Below are positions 9,527 through 19,040 of a DNA stretch of 64,000 nt, piece by piece. The notes under the pieces were generated by a model. The model had not been told where the DNA came from and made no database searches. It saw only the letters and a list, made by a program, of their open reading frames with translations. The translations under genes were made by a program, and so were the position numbers. Position 1 is the stretch's first letter, and each line of letters starts with the position of its first letter. The DNA is from a virus: the IMG/VR virus record IMGVR_UViG_3300031519_004559. The stretch is one strand, 5' to 3'.

Positions 9527-10769
9527 ATGGTGCTTGCAGTGCCTTGTCGTTATTAGAATGTATTACAAACACTGTGTCGCAATAATCTTCGTCGCCCCAG
9601 CCGTCCCAGGTATATCCGTCTGTAAACATAATAAACTTCTTAGGTTGTATATCTTGCTCTTTCATGTATGTCCAGTTTACAGAAAAATCAGTTCCGCCAC
9701 CGCCCATAATTTCGTAGTCAACTAAGTCTTCGCCGTCGTCTGCACTATAGTCTTGTTCGTTATATACTTTAGTATCAAAGCACCACAATTTAATGTTGTA
9801 GTCTCTGTACTCGTCCATAATGCCTTGTACTTCACTTAAAAAGTCACGTCCTTGAATTTCACCAATTGACCCCGACATATCAATGCTAATGCACAAGTCG
9901 ATAGTTTCATCAAAATTCATACCTGGAAGTATTGCACCTGTATGCCAACCTTTGCGTGATGGACGACTAAACGTGTAGTCACAACGTATTGTGCTTTGAA
10001 TCTGTTGACGTAGTATTTCACGCCAGTTCATTTTAGGTTCAGTAAGGTCTTTAATCATACGTGCAATTTCACCCGGAACATTACCTGCACCTGATGCTTG
10101 AGCGGCTGACATCATGCTTTCTTTGATCTCTTCTTTGATCTTGCGCATTTCATCTTTTGAATATTTAGGTTGCGCTTTGCCTCCGTTGCCACCTTCTTCA
10201 GGACCTTCGCCTTCGCTGTCGCCTTCCCAGTCAAGATGTTCGTCTAACATTTCACCCAGTTGCTTTAAATATTCTTCACCGTTTTGTTTTGCTTTTTCAA
10301 ATAGTTCATCATAAACAGATTCTGAACTCCAGTTATCGTATTTAAAGTCTTGGTAACAATCTACTACTTTAGGCTTTTCACCAATGCGATCACGTACAAG
10401 TAAGTTGTTTACAATGTAGTCTGCAGCAATATTATAGATCATAGGATCACGGTCATCTCTGCGGCCTAAGTGATCAAATACGCAATGTAGGATTTCGTGT
10501 GCAATGACAAATTCAATTTCTCTATTTGTCATTGCATTAAAGAATTGTGTGTTAAAATACAAGTGACGCCCGTCAGTTGCCGCTGTAGGACACCAATCGT
10601 CACACGGTAAAATTTTAAGGCGTGTTGCCATATTACCAAAGAACGGATGACGGAGTAGCAAACCTACTCTAGCAACAATAATGTCTTCCATTACTTTTGT
10701 GCGCATTATAGCTAATGCTTCTGGTGTAATATCCGGATCTGCTGTAAATCCTTTAATGTCTATGCCCAT
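9495..10769 (-). CDS. Metallopeptidase-like + VWA domain protein (DUF2201-type)
   Basis: TAATDG, HEILH zincin motif, acidic/Gly linker, MIDAS DMSGS, GGGGTDF, FTDG. Confidence 0.9.
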   Translation of the reverse strand: MGIDIKGFTADPDITPEALAIMRTKVMEDIIVARVGLLLRHPFFGNMATRLKILPCDDWCPTAATDGRHLYFNTQFFNAMTNREIEFVIAHEILHCVFDHLGRRDDRDPMIYNIAADYIVNNLLVRDRIGEKPKVVDCYQDFKYDNWSSESVYDELFEKAKQNGEEYLKQLGEMLDEHLDWEGDSEGEGPEEGGNGGKAQPKYSKDEMRKIKEEIKESMMSAAQASGAGNVPGEIARMIKDLTEPKMNWREILRQQIQSTIRCDYTFSRPSRKGWHTGAILPGMNFDETIDLCISIDMSGSIGEIQGRDFLSEVQGIMDEYRDYNIKLWCFDTKVYNEQDYSADDGEDLVDYEIMGGGGTDFSVNWTYMKEQDIQPKKFIMFTDGYTWDGWGDEDYCDTVFVIHSNNDKALQAPFGTTVHYDAA

Positions 10770-10803
10770 AACGTTAACTCCTATAATGCTTTATTGTTCT
10801 TAC

Positions 10804-10832
10804 AGTATACTATATTTAACAATAGATGTCAA
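10804..10832 (-). promoter_or_regulatory. Sigma70-type early promoter (VWA gene)
   Basis: TTGACA-17-TATACT. Confidence 0.85.
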
Positions 10833-10838
10833 GCGTAA

Positions 10839-10864
10839 TTGGGCGTTTTGAAGAGATCGCCCAA
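10839..10864 (-). terminator. Stem-loop downstream of MoxR
   Basis: TTGGGCG...CGCCCAA inverted repeat; weak U-tract. Confidence 0.4.
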
Positions 10865-10874
10865 ACTCTTACGT

Positions 10875-11963
10875 CTATGCTTCTTGTGCTTTGGTAATAT
10901 ACTTGCCAAAGCGTTCATGGAACTCATCAAAGCATTCTACTTCGTCTGGGTCAATTGGTAACGCATATTGCGTAAGGGCTAACTTAATACCCATTACAAC
11001 TAACTCAGTTTCGAAGTTATCCATCATAAAGCGTAGGTAGTTATTAACTTTATCGTCAAACTTCTTATCGCCTTTGTCGGATGCTTCTTTAAGTTCGTAG
11101 CAGAGCGAGACTGTTAAGGAATACATGGCACTGATTTCTTTAGTCTTAAGCTCTTTAACCTTTCCTGCTAAAATGTCAGTTGGGTTAGGCATAGACGCTG
11201 CTACCTTGCGGTGAGCAACAAACTTTATTCCAAGTCCTTCGCCTACAGCACCTGATACAAGATCAGTTGTTGTTTCTTCATCTAGGTCATCTTCTAGTAA
11301 TTCTGATACAAACGACCATGTTCGAGGTGTTGCAAAAGAACGACTTGGACTCTTAGGATCAAAATCGTAAAGATCTTTTTTGCTAAATGTTAAGTAACCA
11401 ACAACATCTGCATGGATATTATTTGCTACAGCCCAAGCAAAGTAATCGTCCCAGTCAACTGCTAGTTCAATATGTACAAATCTGTTTGCTAACGGAGCAG
11501 GCATTCTATAAGTAACACCTTTGTCAGCATCTCGGTTACCAGCTGCAACAATTAGTACGTTATCTGGTAACTTATAAGCACCGACTTTACGGTTTAAAAT
11601 AAGCTGATAAGCCGCCGCCTGTACTGCCGGAGCCGCTGAATTCATTTCGTCTAAGAACAATACAATCCAATCATATTGTGCTGCAAATTCTGCTGTTGGT
11701 AATTCTTGTGGCGGTGCCCATGCCATCACATTATCGTTTGCTGCATAGTACGGAATACCTTTAATATCTGTAGGTTCCCAAAGCGACAAGCGAATATCAA
11801 TTAAGTGTGAATTAGGAAGTTCTCTAGTTACTTGCCCGACAATGTCGGATTTACCAATACCCGGAGGACCCCACATAAAGATAGGACGTTGCTTTTTGAA
11901 AGCATGCCTAATACTCTTCTTTGCACGGTTGGGTGATACAGTTCGAATTGCTACGTTTTCCAT
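10875..11963 (-). CDS. MoxR-like AAA+ ATPase
   Basis: Walker A GPPGIGKS, Walker B LFLDE, AAGN, LANRF; adjacent to the VWA gene; start at MENV after AGAGGA. Confidence 0.9.
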   Translation of the reverse strand: MENVAIRTVSPNRAKKSIRHAFKKQRPIFMWGPPGIGKSDIVGQVTRELPNSHLIDIRLSLWEPTDIKGIPYYAANDNVMAWAPPQELPTAEFAAQYDWIVLFLDEMNSAAPAVQAAAYQLILNRKVGAYKLPDNVLIVAAGNRDADKGVTYRMPAPLANRFVHIELAVDWDDYFAWAVANNIHADVVGYLTFSKKDLYDFDPKSPSRSFATPRTWSFVSELLEDDLDEETTTDLVSGAVGEGLGIKFVAHRKVAASMPNPTDILAGKVKELKTKEISAMYSLTVSLCYELKEASDKGDKKFDDKVNNYLRFMMDNFETELVVMGIKLALTQYALPIDPDEVECFDEFHERFGKYITKAQEA

Positions 11964-12018
11964 TTTGTATTCCTCTTTAGTTTCTATCAGTGCCATACTG
12001 TTTTATTAGTATGTGTAT

Positions 12019-12047
12019 ATTATAGCACCAACTACACTAATGGTCAA
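12019..12047 (-). promoter_or_regulatory. Sigma70-type promoter (MoxR)
   Basis: TTGACC-17-TATAAT. Confidence 0.85.
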
Positions 12048-12439
12048 CCACTTTTGGAATCTTTTTGTCTATTCATTGCTTTTATTAGGCCATATTTTCT
12101 AACATCGCCACTAAACAAATGAAGTTCCATAGCTTTTTTTTCGTTAGTAACAGTAATGCCTGTCTTGTCAAAGTAGTACGGGCAGTCTATAAACTGATCC
12201 ATCCATATAATAACATTAGTAGTGAATTCAAACCCTTTTGGATACGGCACTGCATACATCTGTAATTCAAGTTCTTCTGTTACAAATGCATATCCTGCGT
12301 CTGTAAGACGAAGTCCGCCTGTATCTTTTGATCTAGTGTTTTGCCACCAGGACGACATATACTCAGTAAGACTTGCTTCGTGTACAGCCTTACCGGAATT
12401 CTTTAGAAAAATCTTAGTGTAAGTTTCTTTCCAGTTCAT
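12044..12439 (-). CDS. Hypothetical phage protein
   Basis: TAATG-coupled ORF. Confidence 0.6.
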   Translation of the reverse strand: MNWKETYTKIFLKNSGKAVHEASLTEYMSSWWQNTRSKDTGGLRLTDAGYAFVTEELELQMYAVPYPKGFEFTTNVIIWMDQFIDCPYYFDKTGITVTNEKKAMELHLFSGDVRKYGLIKAMNRQKDSKSG

Positions 12440-12732
12440 TAGTCAACCAGTGGAACATTCTCACCTGCAGATAGCTTTACAACAGTAAAGTTCTCACAGC
12501 TGAATAAATCATTAAGTTTTTTAGCTAAATTAATAGCATGTCCTGGGTTAGAGAAGGATACTTTCTTATACTTAGGCCCTGGATAGTTTGTTAAACTATG
12601 TGATGATTTAAGATTAAATGGTTTGTTGTTATAGAATACTGCCCATATAGCATCAGCATCGAGTATTTGCTCGCTTTTATAGGTCTTTTTATCTATAAAT
12701 TCTAATAAAACCGTTGGTTTTGGTCTGCTCAT
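12439..12732 (-). CDS. Hypothetical phage protein
   Basis: SD AAGGA; late-type box upstream. Confidence 0.65.
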   Translation of the reverse strand: MSRPKPTVLLEFIDKKTYKSEQILDADAIWAVFYNNKPFNLKSSHSLTNYPGPKYKKVSFSNPGHAINLAKKLNDLFSCENFTVVKLSAGENVPLVD

Positions 12733-12774
12733 ATACGTTGTCCTTTAATAAACTACGTATATATTTAGCTATTT

Positions 12775-13014
12775 TTACCAACCTTTGCCACCGTCCATTT
12801 GAACTTCGATGACTTCGTTGTCGGTATTGCCCTGTTTTGCCAGTAAACTTTCTAAGTCTCCGTTGAGTCTAGCCATTACTTCGCCTAGTGTAAATGCTAG
12901 ACGCTTAGCCTGCTGGATGTCTAATGTGACATCTCTAGCCCTACTAGCGTCAGCACTTCTTACTTGAGATATAAACTGCTGTATAGACGCAGTGTTAAGC
13001 GGCTCATTTAGCAT
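12775..13014 (-). CDS. Hypothetical phage protein
   Basis: Overlapping operon ORF. Confidence 0.55.
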   Translation of the reverse strand: MLNEPLNTASIQQFISQVRSADASRARDVTLDIQQAKRLAFTLGEVMARLNGDLESLLAKQGNTDNEVIEVQMDGGKGW

Positions 13015-13468
13015 TTGCTTTACTCAATTCTGTACGCATTTCGATTGCTGTAGTAAAAGGTCCTTTATATGCATAACGTTCAATAGTAATTGATTTAGGA
13101 CAAAAGCTCTTAACCCAGCCTTTTTCAAATTGAATAATATAAAATCCTGCACAGTACAAACTTTTAGATTTATCGCTTTTTGTAAACAACGGTAGTTTCT
13201 GTTTAATATCATAAAGTGGATTATGCGGTTTGCAACTTGTAGGAAAGCCGTGAACTTCGTCTAGTGTGACTTCTGTAATTTCTAGCGCACTCCAGTTAAC
13301 AGTCCCTAAGTCTTTTTCTAACGCTCTTTTGTCATCAACAAATCTTGTGCCATTTGCATCAGTTACCATATACTTTTCATCTGAGTAAGCAAGGGTTGCA
13401 ACCTTGTTACCTTCGCTTTCGAGTATCCAAAACTTTCCGTCTATAATTTCTTTTGCTTTTAGTGTCAT
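13004..13468 (-). CDS. Hypothetical phage protein
   Basis: ATGA-coupled to the RNase H gene. Confidence 0.6.
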   Translation of the reverse strand: MTLKAKEIIDGKFWILESEGNKVATLAYSDEKYMVTDANGTRFVDDKRALEKDLGTVNWSALEITEVTLDEVHGFPTSCKPHNPLYDIKQKLPLFTKSDKSKSLYCAGFYIIQFEKGWVKSFCPKSITIERYAYKGPFTTAIEMRTELSKANAK

Positions 13469-14451
13469 CCTATATACCTCGCTTGTAGCGGCTCCGCATA
13501 ACTTTGAGCCTGTTCACTCATTCGCTGGAGATCCCACTTAGCGCAAAACTTCATAAGACGCATTCCAACTTGTGATATTTGTTTAGGTTGTGCTGCGTCT
13601 TCAATAACATCATTAATAATACTTCTAATATTACCAGGTTGTGCCGTTAAGTCGCATAATACAACGTTTCGATTGTAGTCATCTAGTACACGATGTTCTA
13701 CACCTTCATGATCTACCCAACGCTGTAGCATCATGTTATTCCAGTTGTATCCTTTAGCACCTTTATCTTCATATGCTTCAATAAGTCCAACTTTGTTCTT
13801 AGTACCTTTCTTACGTACACCAGGATAAGCACTAAACACGTTATCACTAGTATCACCACGCATACACTTTTCAAACAACATAAAGTCAGGATGCGGTGCA
13901 GGCTTAGGCTCTTGTGTCTTCTTATCAATTACACGGTTACCTTTCTTATCAAAGTAACCTTCGTGTGTAATAGTAGTCTCAGATACACCGTTATACTGCT
14001 TACAATTAGGAGCAATAAGTTGTGCAAAGTCGCCATCTGTGCTAATAATAACATGATTATCGTTAGGGTGTGCTTGTACCCAACCAGCAATAAGATCATC
14101 TGCTTCTAGTTGCTTGTGTTGCATAACTGTACAATTAGTCTTTGTATCGACGAAATCTTTAAATGTATCAAACGCCTCCCAAAACAGTGTCTCTTCTTCT
14201 TGTTGTGCTTCTGTAAGTGCATCTCGAGATACTTTGCGGTTGCGTTTATAAGGAGCATAAACATCTTTGCGCCAGCTACGACCTTCTAAACAGAACACAA
14301 CATGATCAGCCTTAAAGTCCTGCCATGCCTTTCTAACACCAGCAAGTGTGATATGAAACGCCATACCTATCTTTGTATCTAAGTCGCCTCGAATAACGTG
14401 CCTTGCACGAAAGAATGTATTTGCTGTGTCTACTAGTACATAAGTTGCCAT
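13465..14451 (-). CDS. rnh: T4-type RNase H / 5'-3' flap exonuclease
   Basis: LVD, YKRNR, EADD, STDGDF, GDTSDN motifs. Confidence 0.9.
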   Translation of the reverse strand: MATYVLVDTANTFFRARHVIRGDLDTKIGMAFHITLAGVRKAWQDFKADHVVFCLEGRSWRKDVYAPYKRNRKVSRDALTEAQQEEETLFWEAFDTFKDFVDTKTNCTVMQHKQLEADDLIAGWVQAHPNDNHVIISTDGDFAQLIAPNCKQYNGVSETTITHEGYFDKKGNRVIDKKTQEPKPAPHPDFMLFEKCMRGDTSDNVFSAYPGVRKKGTKNKVGLIEAYEDKGAKGYNWNNMMLQRWVDHEGVEHRVLDDYNRNVVLCDLTAQPGNIRSIINDVIEDAAQPKQISQVGMRLMKFCAKWDLQRMSEQAQSYAEPLQARYIG

Positions 14452-14483
14452 TATATTGCCTTGTTTAAGTTGCGTTGTATATT

Positions 14484-14512
14484 ATTATACACGAGTTTGC
14501 GATAGATGTCAA
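14484..14512 (-). promoter_or_regulatory. Sigma70-type promoter (rnh)
   Basis: TTGACA-17-TATAAT, perfect consensus. Confidence 0.9.
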
Positions 14513-14518
14513 GTAAAA

Positions 14519-15610
14519 TTACCACCCCATTTGCTCCCAAGGTACATCTTTGTCACCAAAGTGTCCGTAAATACAATTCTCGCTATAGTTAGTATAGTTG
14601 AAAAGATCAAATCTGTCAATGATTCCTTTTGGTGTTAAATCAATTTCACGCTCAATAAAGTTAGCTATCGAACGATTGTGTCCGTTCGAATCAATATAAA
14701 TGCTTGTTGGTTCTTTAATACCAATAGCATAACTTAGTTGTATATTACACCAGTCTGCCATTTCATCTGCTACTACGTTCTTAGCTAACCAACGGGCCAT
14801 ATAAGCTGCACTACGATCTACTTTAGTAGGATCTTTGCCACTAAAAGCACCGCCCCCGTGAGGAGCAAACCCCCCATAAGTATCGACAATAATCTTTCTC
14901 CCAGTAACTCCGGAGTCACCATCAGGACCACCAATAACAAAATTGCCAGTAGGATTAAGATGCCATACAGTATCGCTATCAATTAAGTCTCCTAACTCTT
15001 CTATTGCCGCAAGTTTACATAAATGCCTTGCTTCTTCTACATTGCCTTCAGTGTGCTGTGTACTAATAACAATTTGATCAATGCGTTTAATAACACCGTC
15101 TCGTCTTGCACCATTGTACTCTACACTTACTTGTGATTTAGCATCCGGACCTAGTATACTACCACGCTTTGTCTTTAAGTTTTTAAGGATAGCGTGACTG
15201 TAATGAATAGGCGCTGGCATCATGCTAGGTGTATGATTACACGCATAACCAAACATAATACCTTGATCGCCTGCTCCAAAGCTATCTGTGCCTAGTGCAA
15301 TGTCTGCACTTTGTTCGTGAATTTCATTATACAACCGTAATTCGTCCCAATGAAATCCATCTTGCTCGTAGCCAATTTCTTTAACTTTGTTTCGAACAAT
15401 TTGTTCTACTTCGGCTCTAGTTACATTAAAGTTCTTAACTTCGCCTGCTAGTGTAACCATGTTGGTAGTTACTAGTGTTTCAACTGCTACTCGTGTAGTT
15501 GTATCGCCTGCGGCTAATCCGGCATCTACAATCGCATCACTAATTTGATCTGCTACTTTATCTGGATGCCCGTCACTAACACTTTCACTTGTAAAAATAT
15601 GTTTTTGCAT
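14519..15610 (-). CDS. metK: S-adenosylmethionine synthetase
   Basis: FTSESVSDGHPDK, GAGDQG, GGGAFSGKDPTKVDRS. Confidence 0.97.
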   Translation of the reverse strand: MQKHIFTSESVSDGHPDKVADQISDAIVDAGLAAGDTTTRVAVETLVTTNMVTLAGEVKNFNVTRAEVEQIVRNKVKEIGYEQDGFHWDELRLYNEIHEQSADIALGTDSFGAGDQGIMFGYACNHTPSMMPAPIHYSHAILKNLKTKRGSILGPDAKSQVSVEYNGARRDGVIKRIDQIVISTQHTEGNVEEARHLCKLAAIEELGDLIDSDTVWHLNPTGNFVIGGPDGDSGVTGRKIIVDTYGGFAPHGGGAFSGKDPTKVDRSAAYMARWLAKNVVADEMADWCNIQLSYAIGIKEPTSIYIDSNGHNRSIANFIEREIDLTPKGIIDRFDLFNYTNYSENCIYGHFGDKDVPWEQMGW

Positions 15611-16023
15611 TATGATACTTCACTCGCTCCGTCAGCCAACGGCTTTACATTAATATATCCTGCACCTCGATCTGTATCCATGCCTTCTTCTGATAACATG
15701 TTATAGACAATGTCTTTGAACCAACGATCGACTACTTCTTCTTCAGGATCGGATTCTGTGCCGTAACCGTGTCTAATTAATTCTACAATAAAGTATTTGT
15801 TCCAGTCAAGTTCAAAAAACCCATTGCGTATATTCTTTTCATTTACTTTCATGTCAAGTACATTAACCCAAGGCATCTTCTTACGTGTTGCATATGCCTT
15901 AGGGTCAGTGCCTTTAACATGTGCTAGTTCTTTTTCTTTTAACTCTTTTTCTTGCTTGTCAATCTTTGCTTGATTAGCTTCTACCTTGTCTTGCCCTGTT
16001 AATTTTTTAATAAAGTTTTTCAT
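15610..16023 (-). CDS. Hypothetical phage protein
   Basis: Coupled to metK. Confidence 0.6.
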   Translation of the reverse strand: MKNFIKKLTGQDKVEANQAKIDKQEKELKEKELAHVKGTDPKAYATRKKMPWVNVLDMKVNEKNIRNGFFELDWNKYFIVELIRHGYGTESDPEEEVVDRWFKDIVYNMLSEEGMDTDRGAGYINVKPLADGASEVS

Positions 16024-16119
16024 ATTAATCCTTTTCTTCTTAGTTTATCGTCTAAATTTTCTTTGTCAATTGGAGCAGTCATTGCTGTCTTGTGTACGTC
16101 ATTAATGTACTTAGGTTCC

Positions 16120-17016
16120 CTAGGTACCCCAGGCATTTCCGAATAAGCTGATGTGTAGTCTAGGGGTGAAGCGCCATCCCTTTTCCATGCAAACTTCCGC
16201 AACTTCTTTAACGTTAAGGACATACTCTTCCGAGCGTCCCCCAAGCGGCATACAATATACTGGACACTCAACGCCGACATCACGATATGCTTGCACAGCT
16301 CGCCCAGCTTCATCAATGTCTGCACGATCAGCAACGACAAATTTAAGATAAAGATCACTGCCATCAACAGTGGAATAGTTAAGAGCGACATCAGGCTTAA
16401 TAGCGTCCATCCAAGATTCTCCGCTAACGGATAGCTTAGGCGAACAACTCCACGTGACAGTAATTCTGTCACTATTGTTGAGATAGTTGTAGAGGTCATC
16501 ATGTAATACTTGTGTAGTGTTTGTTTCAAATGTAACATTTTTTAAATCCTTCATACGTGGATGTTCGAACAGTTCTACGTAAAGTCGTTGCCACGCTAAC
16601 AACGGCTCACCACCTGTCATAATTAAATGGATATCTTGTCCGTTATCCATTGTCCACTTGCCTTCTGGAGTAAGAGATAGCAAATGCTCAACTACTTCTT
16701 CAACTTCTGCAAGTTTGTTAAAGTCTTTAAACTCAGGATAGATACTTGCATAAGTGTCACATCCTGTATGGATAATAGGCAAATCTGTAAACTTTTCAGT
16801 CTTTGCAATAATGCCATCATCTAACAAATCTTTTACTTCTTGATTGTAGCGTTGCCCGCCTGCAAGTTTTTCTGCACGACTAGGTTCATCTTTACCGAGT
16901 CCAAAGTTCATACAACGGAAGTTACAACCGAAGGTACGCAAGAATACACTAGGTACTCCTACAAACTTACCTTCGCCTTGTACGCTGTAGAACGCTTCAC
17001 TGTACCGCAACTTCAT
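16120..17016 (-). CDS. queE: 7-carboxy-7-deazaguanine synthase (radical SAM)
   Basis: FYSVQGEG..G.PSVFLR..GCNFRC...GCDT, TGGEP, ETN, SPKL, RLH. Confidence 0.9.
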   Translation of the reverse strand: MKLRYSEAFYSVQGEGKFVGVPSVFLRTFGCNFRCMNFGLGKDEPSRAEKLAGGQRYNQEVKDLLDDGIIAKTEKFTDLPIIHTGCDTYASIYPEFKDFNKLAEVEEVVEHLLSLTPEGKWTMDNGQDIHLIMTGGEPLLAWQRLYVELFEHPRMKDLKNVTFETNTTQVLHDDLYNYLNNSDRITVTWSCSPKLSVSGESWMDAIKPDVALNYSTVDGSDLYLKFVVADRADIDEAGRAVQAYRDVGVECPVYCMPLGGRSEEYVLNVKEVAEVCMEKGWRFTPRLHISLFGNAWGT

Positions 17017-17696
17017 CGTGCAAACTCCTGTTGCAATTTAATGTTGTCAAAGAACTCCTTCTTAGTACCCGGATCATATTTAAAACTACCTTGTAATACA
17101 GTTGTTTGTGTAAGACTGCTAGTTGCCATAATGCCACGGTTCTCACAACAGCCGTGTGTTGCTTGAATATAAACACCTAAGTTTTCTGCACCAGTTGCTT
17201 TACCAATCTCACGTGCAATGTCATTTGCAAGTTCTTCTTGTAGAGTGCCACGTCGAGCGCACCATTGTGCAATACGTGTGTACTTACTAAGTCCGATAAG
17301 TTTGTCTGCAGCAATAATACCAATATATGCAGTGCCTGTAACAGGCTGGTGATGATGTGAACACATGCTTTTAAGTTCACTACGTACAACCAACATTCCG
17401 TCATATCGTTCATCACTGTCATTAGGAAATGCTGTTGCACTTGGCATTGGGTCATACCGACCTGACATAATCTCATTAAAGTACATCTTAGCAAGCCGTC
17501 TTGCTGTACCTTCTGAGTTAGGATCGTTGCGTCGATCAATAATTAGTGTATCTAGTACAGTGTTAAAAGCTAGAGTAGCTTCATCAATAAGATCTTGTTT
17601 ATCTCCATCTTCTAACACTGCACTAATATTGTCGCCGGCCCAAAAGCGTATATTGTTTACTTCTAGACGTTGTTTAACTACTTCTGATTTATTCAT
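17013..17696 (-). CDS. folE: GTP cyclohydrolase I
   Basis: SMCSHHH, GLSK..RI, LQE, H.C...RG. Confidence 0.95.
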   Translation of the reverse strand: MNKSEVVKQRLEVNNIRFWAGDNISAVLEDGDKQDLIDEATLAFNTVLDTLIIDRRNDPNSEGTARRLAKMYFNEIMSGRYDPMPSATAFPNDSDERYDGMLVVRSELKSMCSHHHQPVTGTAYIGIIAADKLIGLSKYTRIAQWCARRGTLQEELANDIAREIGKATGAENLGVYIQATHGCCENRGIMATSSLTQTTVLQGSFKYDPGTKKEFFDNIKLQQEFAR

Positions 17697-17742
17697 TCAC
17701 TTCTCCGATGTTTAGGCAGGGGATTGCCTGTAATATACTATA

Positions 17743-17771
17743 AGTATACACGTTTATTTAGGTTTTGTCAA
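17743..17771 (-). promoter_or_regulatory. Sigma70-type promoter (folE-queE-metK)
   Basis: TTGACA-17-TATACT. Confidence 0.85.
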
Positions 17772-17778
17772 CCGTTAA

Positions 17779-17973
17779 CTAAAATAATTTTAGCATTTCT
17801 AAACGGTCATTTGCTTCTGCCATTTTATCAAGTTCTGTTTGAATAGCCTCCATCACATCACTGTGTTCACCAATACCGGCTGGGTTAGTTAAGTACACTT
17901 CGACATTTGCTTTGTGCAATGCAATAGCGCCTTCGGCATGTTTCTGTGCCGCTTCAATCATCATGTTACGCAT
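17779..17973 (-). CDS. Small conserved-type phage protein
   Basis: MRNMMIEAAQKHAEG...NPAGIGEHSD; start reassigned to an internal ATG after AAAGGA. Confidence 0.6.
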   Translation of the reverse strand: MRNMMIEAAQKHAEGAIALHKANVEVYLTNPAGIGEHSDVMEAIQTELDKMAEANDRLEMLKLF

Positions 17974-18346
17974 GATAGTTTCCTTTCTCTGGGATAACGT
18001 GACGTACCCCGCCACGGGGGTCTTCTGTATCACCGTCTCTTCTAAAGATAAGGTGTACGTGGGGATACATGCAAGTCTGACCTGCACTCTCTCCCATATT
18101 AAGGCCAATGTTATAGCCTGTAATATCATTGTTTGCTGCTACTTTATTTTGATCGCCCATAGCAACAGCAAATTTAAAACATTTCATTAGCTCTTCTTGT
18201 GTCACTTGTTTAGGTACTATAAGAGTATGTCCTTGTGTAACCGGATATGCATCTTCGTACACTACAAAGTCTCTAGTATCGTATGTTACATTGGTCCACG
18301 GCGCTCGCCCGTCCGCTTGTGCCTTAGCTAGAGTATCAATACTCAC
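17966..18346 (-). CDS. HIT-family nucleotide hydrolase
   Basis: YPVTQGHTLIVPK, N.GESAGQT, HVHLI. Confidence 0.9.
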   Translation of the reverse strand: MSIDTLAKAQADGRAPWTNVTYDTRDFVVYEDAYPVTQGHTLIVPKQVTQEELMKCFKFAVAMGDQNKVAANNDITGYNIGLNMGESAGQTCMYPHVHLIFRRDGDTEDPRGGVRHVIPEKGNYHA

Positions 18347-18878
18347 CTACATTCTCCCATGGGTAAACTAACCAAACATCTTCTTCAGCTTTGTTGATTT
18401 CGTGACAAGTATAACTAACAGGAACTTCGGCATTACTTGCACCATTATCTGTTAGTGTCGCAAAGCGAACATTGTTGCCCCATACTGCATTCCATCGATC
18501 ATGCTCCATTGGCATACAGCCCGATGGCCAGTCTTCTTTGATCCAATTGAAAGTAGCACCAGTATCGTTGATATCATCTACAATAAGGATGTTCTTACTC
18601 AATGGAGGGAAGCCTTCCTCTCCTTTAGGTTCGTAACCAAATGCATCTTCTGCCATCCATAAGTTGCTTTCGCTTTCACTGTCATCGTCTCGTAGACTAA
18701 CTTTAAGTGCTTCGCAACGTATGCCAGTCATATTACTAATAATAGTAGCAGGTACATTACCACCGCGTGTAAGTCCTACAATGTAATCAGGACGCCAGTT
18801 GTCTGTATACATTTGATTAACAATGCTTACACACATACGTTCAATGTCAGTCCAGCTGTAATAATGTTTCTTAATCAT
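18336..18878 (-). CDS. Purine phosphoribosyltransferase (Gpt-like)
   Basis: GLTRGG, PRPP-binding loop IVDDINDTGAT, WLVYPWE. Confidence 0.9.
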   Translation of the reverse strand: MIKKHYYSWTDIERMCVSIVNQMYTDNWRPDYIVGLTRGGNVPATIISNMTGIRCEALKVSLRDDDSESESNLWMAEDAFGYEPKGEEGFPPLSKNILIVDDINDTGATFNWIKEDWPSGCMPMEHDRWNAVWGNNVRFATLTDNGASNAEVPVSYTCHEINKAEEDVWLVYPWENVGEY

Positions 18879-18887
18879 AGTTAGTCC

Positions 18888-19040
18888 TTAGTTAATTATA
18901 TCAGGGGTTATTAAATCTACAGTGTTTACGACTGTCTTGCCTGCATATATTGCAGTTGTTGCAGTTACGTCTACAATCGCTGCTGTTGTGGAACAGCCTG
19001 TTAGAAGGAACAGTATAAGAAAAGCGTTTACTTTAATCAT
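18888..19040 (-). CDS. Small lipoprotein (50 aa, absent from the ORF track)
   Basis: MIKVNAFLILFLLTGC lipobox; ATGA overlap with the upstream gene. Confidence 0.7.
   Translation of the reverse strand: MIKVNAFLILFLLTGCSTTAAIVDVTATTAIYAGKTVVNTVDLITPDIIN

Noticed and set aside
16020-16538. 172-aa alternative-frame ORF overlapping queE
   Set aside because: Most of it overlaps queE with no recognisable features; at most its last 20-38 codons could be a small real gene.
17700-17742. Short hairpin (AGGCA/TGCCT) in the folE leader as a preQ1 riboswitch
   Set aside because: Lacks the preQ1-I loop consensus and A-rich 3' tail; only a 5-bp stem.
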